Under the pieces are notes generated by a model. It saw only the letters and a program-made list of their open reading frames with translations. It did not search any database and had not been told where the DNA came from. Position numbers and translations under genes: made by a program. A DNA stretch of 20,000 nt from positions 54,141 through 74,140 of IMG/VR virus record IMGVR_UViG_3300033069_001107. The stretch is one strand, 5' to 3'. Shown here piece after piece: positions 8,085 through 16,100 of the stretch (position 1 is its first letter; every line of letters starts with the position of its first letter). The stretch is from an uncultured virus (IMG/VR IMGVR_UViG_3300033069_001107). Its lineage: Duplodnaviria > Heunggongvirae > Uroviricota > Caudoviricetes.

Positions 8085-9049
8085 CCACCCCTATTGCGAT
8101 CCAGACGCGCCGTGTCGCCCCACAAGCTGACGGCAGTACGGCGTATGAGGTCACGACCCGGGTAACGGAGAAGCACGACCTACCCACGGCGAGCCTCTTC
8201 GTCGTGTCGATCACGGACCCGCTGAACCCCAAGTCGGACGCCCTCGCACGCGTCGCGTCCCCGATCGACTTGCGACGGCTGTCGGGGCTGCTCTATGTCC
8301 GAGTTGACGCGGCCTCGATCAACTACATCAACGCGGACCCCTTCGCCCGCGTCGCCAACGTCGACGACCTCACGGCCTACCAGACCGACCGGGCAGAGGC
8401 GGTGAGGCGTGGGCAAGGATTCTACCTCACGGACGCGTTCAGCGCGCTCTACACGGATCCGGCCACGGCCGACGCCGCCTACCGGCAGATCATCGCTCGC
8501 CTCTCTGAGCTGGTGACCAACTGGCGCGCGTACACGGCAGGGTTCGAGACCAATCCCACGCAGAGCTACCCGCTCCCATCTACGCCGCTCTCCGTGGAGG
8601 ACCTGCGGCGCGCGGCGTACAGCGATGCAGTCACGATTCGGCAGCGCGCGGAAGCTGTTCACGAGGCAGCACAGGCCGCGTACGAGCACTGCGTCACCGA
8701 CTGCGCCCTCGATCGCGCAGTCCACGCGATCTTGCTGAGGGATGTGACCTTTCTGGAGCGCGCTCGGGCCCGAGTCGTTGCGATCACCGAGACCGACACC
8801 ACGAACGCCAAGGACTTCGTGCTGAAGATCGGAGCGTTCGCCTCTGACTCGGAGAGCTACGAGAACCTTCTCACGCAGAAGCGCACAGATCTGAACACGT
8901 ACGCCGTACGCGTCCAAGCCTGCCAGGACACCTGCGCACAGTTGCAAGTGTCTCGCGACAGCGCCCAGGCTGACGTGCGCCGCGCCCTGGCTGATGAACA
9001 ACGGGCGCTCGCCGACGTGCGTGCCGTCTGTCCCACTTTCGTCCCCTGA
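8081..9049 (+). CDS. Hypothetical protein, paralogue 3, with C-terminal coiled coil and two CxxxC motifs (322 aa)
   Basis: GGAG RBS at 8072-8075 and GTG start. Motif LFVVS...DALARVASPIDLRRL. Ala/Arg/Gln-rich helical C-terminal half. Confidence 0.82.
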   Translation: MTTPIAIQTRRVAPQADGSTAYEVTTRVTEKHDLPTASLFVVSITDPLNPKSDALARVASPIDLRRLSGLLYVRVDAASINYINADPFARVANVDDLTAYQTDRAEAVRRGQGFYLTDAFSALYTDPATADAAYRQIIARLSELVTNWRAYTAGFETNPTQSYPLPSTPLSVEDLRRAAYSDAVTIRQRAEAVHEAAQAAYEHCVTDCALDRAVHAILLRDVTFLERARARVVAITETDTTNAKDFVLKIGAFASDSESYENLLTQKRTDLNTYAVRVQACQDTCAQLQVSRDSAQADVRRALADEQRALADVRAVCPTFVP

Positions 9050-9056
9050 GGAACCC

Positions 9057-10058
9057 ATGATCGACTTCTACAGCGACGCCGCCCACGCACACCTCCGCAA
9101 GCTCCTGGACCAGTTCCCCGGCACGCACGGGCTCCTGAAGAACGCCGAGTTCGAAGACACCCGGGAAGAGATCCCTGTGAGCGCCTTCGCCGACTTGTCG
9201 GCGCAGCGCTTCCCCACGCACACCCCGGAGCATGCCGTGGTGTCGTTCCTCTACGCCCACGACCAGGGGGCGCCTGCGGGGGTCATGCACAAGATCGCGG
9301 AAGCGCTCTACGCCTACGGGGTCGATGCCAGCATCTTCGTCCCCGTCGAGAACGTGAAGGTCGCCTCGGCGTCGCGCAGCATCTTCGAGGATGGTACCTA
9401 CCCCGTCAACACGGTGGAGCAGGTCAAGATGGCCGAGATGCGCCTCTTCGAGGAGGCGCACAAGATCAACCTGGACGCACGTGCCCGGGTGTTCAACAAG
9501 CTCGCGCACGCTGCCGAGGAGCTCGGGGTGGAGCTCACGCCACGCGCCCAGGCGTGGGGCATGGCCGCGTACTGCAACCCGGAGGATCTGGCCCAGGCGG
9601 TGGAGGCCAGGAGCGCCCTGTGCAAGACCGCAGAGCTGAAGGTCGCGTACCGGGACCTCGCGAACAGCATCCACGAAGACCCCCACGCTGTGCGCGAATA
9701 CGCCGTACGGGTCAAGGTCGCGGAGACCCTGGCGGAGATGGATCAGCGGGCGGGCCTGGACGCCTACTACGAGCGGGCGATCCCCGACCCGCTGTGCAGC
9801 GTGTTCAACCGCCCCGCCAAGCTGGGCGAACAGCTGATGCACCTGGGCCCGAACACCTACGAGGCCAACCGCATCCTGGGCCTCCCCCTGAGCTTCTTTC
9901 ACGACACGCTGGGTCCCGAGATCGTGTCGGAAGTCGCCCCTGGTGGCGTCCTCGATCCGGAGCTGCTGATGGCCATCCTGCCCACGCTGCCCGCCGACAT
10001 GCTCGGGCCCCTGGAGCAAGGTCTCCAGAGCGCGGGGGTCCAGCCGACTGGCCTGTGA
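9057..10058 (+). CDS. Hypothetical protein, possible head-assembly/scaffold-associated protein (333 aa)
   Basis: Start reassigned to ATG 9057 (GAGGA RBS at 9048-9052). Very high GC3. Two short similar motifs, AFAD...RFPTHTPEHA and IFED..YPVNTVEQV, plus repeated K-x-A. Function is inferred. Confidence 0.8.
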   Translation: MIDFYSDAAHAHLRKLLDQFPGTHGLLKNAEFEDTREEIPVSAFADLSAQRFPTHTPEHAVVSFLYAHDQGAPAGVMHKIAEALYAYGVDASIFVPVENVKVASASRSIFEDGTYPVNTVEQVKMAEMRLFEEAHKINLDARARVFNKLAHAAEELGVELTPRAQAWGMAAYCNPEDLAQAVEARSALCKTAELKVAYRDLANSIHEDPHAVREYAVRVKVAETLAEMDQRAGLDAYYERAIPDPLCSVFNRPAKLGEQLMHLGPNTYEANRILGLPLSFFHDTLGPEIVSEVAPGGVLDPELLMAILPTLPADMLGPLEQGLQSAGVQPTGL

Positions 10059-10732
10059 TGAGCGCCCACGAAGTCCTCCAACACCACCACGCTGCGTGCT
10101 CCTCCGCGTGGCGTGCGGTCGTCAAGCTGCTGGGTCCTGTGGCCCTCAACTTCGAGCCCGACACCTTTCGGATCGAGCTGGAACGGCGCGGCGTCGAGTG
10201 GACACCGAGCGTGGCCGCGAAGATCCTGGGCGCCCAGACGATCCAGGTCAGCCGCGAGTGGGTTCACAACTACGACGTGCTCTTCGCCTTTGCGGTCGCG
10301 GCCAGCGGCGTGTCCGCATCCAGCGACGGACACCACCATCCGACCCCCGCTGAGCTTGCGTGGGCCGTGCTCGACATCGAAGAGCTCGTCGGCCAGAAGA
10401 TGACCGACGACCACGGGTTCGATCCGGACCATGTGGATTCCGCCATCGCTGTGGTTCTTCACGACGATGGCTGGGTGTACACCCCGGATGCACTTCGATT
10501 CGCTCAGGCGTCGTTGGACCTGATCAATCACGACCCCAAGCACACGCTGCGCGATGAGGTCGCCCGGAAGTGGTCAGAGGTCAAAACCTTGGACGCCGAA
10601 ACAGTACGCCGCGCCTACGCAGAGATCCCGGACAACGCGGTCAAGGTGCAGCTGGGCCACCTCTACGATTGCGCGACGGAGCTGAGCGCACGAGCGGCGC
10701 TGAGGGAACGACACCGCCATGAGCTCGCCTGA
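10058..10732 (+). CDS. Hypothetical protein immediately upstream of TerL (224 aa)
   Basis: Start reassigned to ATG 10058 (TGATG overlap with the upstream stop). The rest of ORF 9554..10732 is off-frame shadow. Overlaps the TerL start by 14 nt. Confidence 0.8.
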   Translation: MSAHEVLQHHHAACSSAWRAVVKLLGPVALNFEPDTFRIELERRGVEWTPSVAAKILGAQTIQVSREWVHNYDVLFAFAVAASGVSASSDGHHHPTPAELAWAVLDIEELVGQKMTDDHGFDPDHVDSAIAVVLHDDGWVYTPDALRFAQASLDLINHDPKHTLRDEVARKWSEVKTLDAETVRRAYAEIPDNAVKVQLGHLYDCATELSARAALRERHRHELA

Positions 10733-12383
10733 GGTAATCCGACTCACGCGGTCGCAGATCGTCGAGCGGACGATCATGTGGGAGAACAAGCCTCTCTCCC
10801 TCAAGAACTACCCCATGTTCGTGGCCCCGTACGACGGGGTCTACAAGAAAACGCTCCTGAAGTGTTCGCGTCAGGTCGGCAAGTCCATCAAGTTGATGGC
10901 CGACCTCATAACGGACTCGATCGGGAACGACTTCTACAAGTCGCTCTTCTCCACACCGTCGGAGGAGCAGACGAACAAGTTCTCTACGCTGCGCGTCGGC
11001 AAGGCGATCAAGTACTCGCCTCTGATCACCGCACGCTTCATCGACCCCAGCCAGCCCAATCGAACCCTCACCCGTACGTTCACCAACGGGTCCGAGATCA
11101 TCTTCACCTATGCCTGTGAGGATGGAGACCGCGTACGCGGTAATCACGCCGACCACGTGATGCTGGACGAGGTGCAGGACACCCAGCTGGAGTCAGTCTA
11201 CCCCGAGATTCGTGAGGTCCTGTCGAACAGCGAGATTCGTCGTGAGTCGTTCTGTGGCACGCCCAAGACCATGGAGAACGGCATCGAGCTGCTCTGGTCA
11301 AAGTCGTCGCAGACCGAGTGGGCGATGCCTTGCCAGGGGTGTGGTAAGTACTCAGTCATCGTCTCCGAGAAGCAGCTGGGGAAGTACGGCCCCATCTGCG
11401 GGCACTGCGGGAAGCACCTCAACCCGCGCCTGGGTATCTGGGTCGACACCAACACCGACAAAGATGTGGAGTACAAGGGCTTCCACATCAACCGACCCAT
11501 CATGCTTCGCTGCGTGCAGGAAGCCTGGACCGACGAGGAGCGGAGAGAGAAGGCGCGCAAGGAGTGGACCGAGGATGTTCTCGGAAAGCTCTACGGAAGC
11601 ATGCCCTACCCGCTGCCGAAGTTTCGCAACGAGGTGCTGGGGGTCTCGGACTCGATGGGGCTGCGCCTTGTCACCGAGGAGATGCTGTGGGAGGCGGCGG
11701 TCGGCCCTCCGATGTCCGACACACCCAACCCCACCTTGATGAAGGGTGTCATTCGGCGGTCGGCCGGGGTCGACTGGTCAGGCGGCGGGAAAGACGGCAA
11801 GTCTTTCACTGTGCTGGTCATCCTCGGACGCCTGGACACTGGGAAGATGCGCGTGCTGTTCTTCAAGATCTTCCCCGGCATCCACGCCGTGGAGGAGAAC
11901 AAGGAGATCGTCCGCATCATCAAGAACTTCGATGTGGGCCAAGCGCTATTGGTGGGTGGCGACGCGGGCGAAGGCAACATGAACATGGACATGCTGCGCT
12001 CCGTACTGACGCCGAGGGAGCGGGTCGTCAAGTTCCGGTACGTGGGCCCCAACGCCAAGCACTACGTCGCATGGGACAAGCAGCGGGTGAGCTACCAGCT
12101 GAACCGCACGGTGGCGATCGATTCCATGATGATGGCGCTGGTGCGTCGCGAGATCGAGTTCCCCCGGGAGCCTACCGCGCTGCTGAAGACGGCCTTCGCG
12201 CACATCCTTGCGGAGTACGAAGAGACCACCTCACGCGAGGCAGGCGCCCGGAAGTTGTGGCGTCACTCGAACGTGGATCCTGATGACTTTCTGCACGCGC
12301 TGACGTTCGCACGTACCGCGCTACAGATCGCGAGCGGGGAGCTCAACCAGGGCAGTCAAGTCCCCGCCTACGAAGACGATTGA
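10719..12383 (+). CDS. terL: Terminase large subunit, lambda GpA-like (554 aa)
   Basis: Walker A KCSRQVGKS, RVRG..AD.VMLDE Walker B, GTPKT coupling motif, CQGC-x20-CGHC Zn finger, nuclease GVDWSGGG and DDFLHA. Confidence 0.92.
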   Translation: MSSPEVIRLTRSQIVERTIMWENKPLSLKNYPMFVAPYDGVYKKTLLKCSRQVGKSIKLMADLITDSIGNDFYKSLFSTPSEEQTNKFSTLRVGKAIKYSPLITARFIDPSQPNRTLTRTFTNGSEIIFTYACEDGDRVRGNHADHVMLDEVQDTQLESVYPEIREVLSNSEIRRESFCGTPKTMENGIELLWSKSSQTEWAMPCQGCGKYSVIVSEKQLGKYGPICGHCGKHLNPRLGIWVDTNTDKDVEYKGFHINRPIMLRCVQEAWTDEERREKARKEWTEDVLGKLYGSMPYPLPKFRNEVLGVSDSMGLRLVTEEMLWEAAVGPPMSDTPNPTLMKGVIRRSAGVDWSGGGKDGKSFTVLVILGRLDTGKMRVLFFKIFPGIHAVEENKEIVRIIKNFDVGQALLVGGDAGEGNMNMDMLRSVLTPRERVVKFRYVGPNAKHYVAWDKQRVSYQLNRTVAIDSMMMALVRREIEFPREPTALLKTAFAHILAEYEETTSREAGARKLWRHSNVDPDDFLHALTFARTALQIASGELNQGSQVPAYEDD

Positions 12384-13085
12384 TCAGAAGAGGATCCCAC
12401 CCGGCTCGCGCAGACGGCGCTCAGCCCAGACGGTCACCGCCTCCTTGACCGCGTCGTTGTTGACCTTGAAGTCAGGCCAGATCTCGGGGAACTGGGCCTT
12501 TCCCTCCGCCAGCACCCAGAGGGTGCGCAGCACGTCGGCCTCGGCACGGTGGGGCGGGAGCGGCGGGCCCTTGCAGACCTCCTCGTAGGTCGTGGAGAGC
12601 TTCCAGCCCCGACGCCCGGCCTTCTTCATGATCGCCCGCGAGAAGTCCATCACGTCCCAGCTGTGGCCCTCCCAGGGGGAGCCCTTGATGTCGTCCCCGT
12701 CGTACGGCGTACTGCCGCCCACCCGGGTGACCTTGTGGCGGGCGAGCTCCTCCCAGATGAACCCGGTGTCGAAGCGGGTGTTGTAGCCGACGATGGGCGC
12801 GCGGTGGAGGGTCTTCGCCATCTCGGCCCAGAGCTCGACGGCCTCCGGGGTGTCGCACTCCGGGGCGTCCTCCCAGTCGGCGTGCTTGGGGCGGTAGCCG
12901 TTGACCTCGTACGCCCGCGCCTCCCCGCGCGCGTAGTCTTCGAGGGACGGCCGGAACCGCACCGTGTGGATCAGGAAGTTGTCCCAGTTGTCATCATCGA
13001 TGCGCGCGGCGGAGACCTCGATGATGCGGTGACGCTTGGGGTCGAGGCCAGTGGTCTCAGTGTCGGCTACGCTGATCGTTGTCAT
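12384..13085 (-). CDS. DEDDh (DnaQ-like) 3'-5' exonuclease (233 aa)
   Basis: ExoI DTETTG, ExoII YNTRFD, ExoIII HRAEAD. Confidence 0.92.
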   Translation of the reverse strand: MTTISVADTETTGLDPKRHRIIEVSAARIDDDNWDNFLIHTVRFRPSLEDYARGEARAYEVNGYRPKHADWEDAPECDTPEAVELWAEMAKTLHRAPIVGYNTRFDTGFIWEELARHKVTRVGGSTPYDGDDIKGSPWEGHSWDVMDFSRAIMKKAGRRGWKLSTTYEEVCKGPPLPPHRAEADVLRTLWVLAEGKAQFPEIWPDFKVNNDAVKEAVTVWAERRLREPGGILF

Positions 13086-13107
13086 GCTGTGCTCGCTTTC
13101 TCGGGGG

Positions 13108-16100
13108 TTACCCGACCGTCAGATCCTGACTCGTCTCTCGGGTCAGGTCGAACTCTTCGTGGTTGATGAGGTTGTACTCGATATCTTCTTCGTTATAGCC
13201 ATCCAAAGCCGCCTCGGGTACAGGCGGAGGGAGCGCGGCGATGTAGTCCTTGGCCTTCTGATATTCGCCGTAACTTGGGCCCAGGGCCACATCCCAGCGG
13301 TAGGGGCTCTTGAGCCAGGGGCACTCCTTCGCGACGCGCTTGGTCCCCTGCTCCAAGAACAGGTCGGGGATCTGGTGCGCGTACTTCTTCGGGACCTGGA
13401 AGCCGATCGAGTCGTGCACCGTGAGGAGCACCCGACCGCCCATGTCCCGCTCCAAGATCTCAGCGATCCAACACAGCACCATCAGCACGATGTCCGAGTT
13501 GGTGCGCTGGATCTTGAAGTTGATGCCCTGACGCTGGAATCGAGCGAGAAGCCCCTTCGGTATCTTCGACACGTCCATCGGACAGCGACGGCGCCCACCA
13601 TGGAAGGTCTCGACCAGCCCGAACTGCTGGACCTCCCACTTGGTGTGCTCCATGTACGTCGGAATGGACGGGAACTTCGAGAACAGAAGGTCTCGAATCT
13701 TCTGCGCCAGCTCCAGCGAGATGCCTGCGATCTCCGAGATCTTGGTGATCCCAGCACCGAACAGCATCCCGAACACGACGCGCTTGATGTTGTCGCGGAG
13801 TGCGTCAAGCTGGAGCGCGTAGCGAACCAGGGAGGGCGTTTCCCAGGTCTTGGGGTCGTCGAAGTTCCCGTTGCCGACGCCCTTCTTCTTGTATGTCTCC
13901 CGCGTAAAGAAGTCCTCGTACGACCACGCGTGATCGTCGTCGATACCCGCGCGCTCCAGGGCGAGTCGGCGATCCTCCCCCTGAAGACCCGCTGCAACCA
14001 GCTGAGGATTGAGCGCCTCGCTGCCGAAGAAGCAGTGCGGATCCATCCCTCCGATCAGGGCGTTGACCAGCGCCTCGCCACCGTCGAACGCTGCGGCGTA
14101 CGTACCGAAGATGGTCACCTCGGCGCCCTTCGCGTCCGCGTTGCCGAAGCACATCGAAGGGTCGTCGGGGATGATCAGCTTCTTGCAGTTGACACCGTCG
14201 AAGATCGGAACACCCTGATCGTCCAGGGCCAGACGCCCGCGCGTATCCCGAAGAGCCCCGAGAAGGCCCTTGGGTACGTTCTGCCAGTTGAAGCCGATCT
14301 TGCGAACGCCCGACGATGAGGACAGTCGGTCGGTCGCAGTGCCTGTCAGGTTGTACCCACCGTGAAGGTGGTTGTCCCCGAACATGGTCGCGAGTTGGTA
14401 GGCGTTCCCGAAGACCGAGACGCGCGCCTTCTCCGCCTTCTTGCGCGAAAGGATAAGGTTGGACAGAGGACACTTGTAGCGACTCACGAGCGCCTGGAGC
14501 ACGGGGGCGCCGGTCTGGATCTGGTGCGTCGCGGTAAAGGCAAGCGGTCGGTAGGTGATTCGTCCGTTCTGATAAAGGACCGTGTCGGGGTTGGCCTTGG
14601 CGATCTCCTCCGCGTGCTCAGGGTTGGGGTGGATGTAGCCCACGCCACCGAAGAAGAGATGGTTGGCGATCTGTCGAGGCGTCAGGTCAAAGGTCTCGCC
14701 GCACATCTCAAAGATCTGTGCCCCGGACGCGCCCACCACCATCTCAAGTTTCTCGGCGCCCCACTTGAGATAGTCGAGGTCGATATTCACGCCCTGGTCT
14801 TCGATCTTCGCGAGCTCCACTTGCCGAGGCAGCTTGAACTCGCGAAGGATCTTGATCTGAGGTGATTGATCGGGACACAGTCGCAACACCCGATACTTGG
14901 GTGTCCCGCCCATGCGCTCCTCCAGCGTGATGTCGTCCTCGGTGCGCCTGCGCGCCAGTTCCAGGGCCGTGTCCTCCTTCTCCATGCGCTCGGCCTGCAC
15001 CAAGGCGAGTCGGCGCGTCACATCGCAGTCCACGGCGTTATAGAACAGGAGGTCGGGCAGCGCCGCGCCCTGATAGCCGCCCATCTGCTCAGCCTTGAGC
15101 TGCTCAGCTTTCTGGGCAGCTTTCTTGGCTTTCTGGTTGAACTCCCCACCAGCGTGAGCCTTCAGGAGGATCTGGAGGTCTTGACGATGGAGGTCTTGGA
15201 GCGTTTGGCTAGCCAGTAGCTTCTCGATCGTGCTGGGGCGGAACTTGGCGCTGCCGATGAGCTTAGCCGCGATGGCGCGCTGGAGGGCTTCGAGCACAGC
15301 GGGCGGGAGGTTGAGCACCTCCGTGCCCTTGATCTCGACCGCGCCCTCCGTCACGCCGTTCAAGGCACCATCCTGGGATTCGAGGGTCGCTTGCAGCTGA
15401 TCCTCGTAGCCCGAGAGCGCCGGGAAGAAGCGCTTCACCAAGGGCTTGAGGCCGTACTCCTCCGGCTTCGCCTCCTCGATGATGTGCTCCGCGAGCATCG
15501 TGTCCCAACCGGGTCGGCCGATCATGCGCCGTGGCAGCTTGAGGCCGTGCCACAGCGCTTTCTGGTCGTACTTGCCGTTGTGCCAGATCCACTTCTTGTC
15601 CGCCTCAAACGCGCGTTTGAGCTCCCGCTTTACGTACACGGGATCGTACGGCGTATCGGGGTGATCCACCGCGATTGCCGTGGCCTTGCCAGTATCCCAG
15701 GAGAAGCCTACTGACAGGAGCTTGTAGCCGACCCAGTGTGGGTGAAGCGTGTTCGTCTCGGTGTCTGACGCGACCGACCAGTCTCGGGGGCTGATACCTC
15801 CTGCGCTGTAGTTCAAGACGAGGTCAATGACCTCGGTCACCTCCTTCTCATCGCGGGGGAAGATGTACCCCCGCATCAGGTCCTCGCGGCTGATGGTTGC
15901 GGGGGCAACACCTTTCGCGATCTTGACGGCGCGCTCCACGTCGGCCAGCAGCGTGTTGTACTTGCCGATGGCCGAGGCGTACGCGCTCAGGCTGCGAGTG
16001 GGAATGACGCGAAGCGGGATGCCTTCGTATGTGACCTCGAAGACACGACCGAGGGCCTCCTTCTCCTTACGGACGTGGATGCCGAGCGCGTGGACCACGT

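Noticed and set aside
8994..9056. Upstream extension of ORF 8994..10058
   Set aside because: Overlaps the preceding gene, and the RBS supports ATG 9057.
9554..10057. N-terminal half of the 392-aa ORF 9554..10732
   Set aside because: G/R/P-rich off-frame translation of the 9057 gene. The TGATG overlap marks the real start at 10058.
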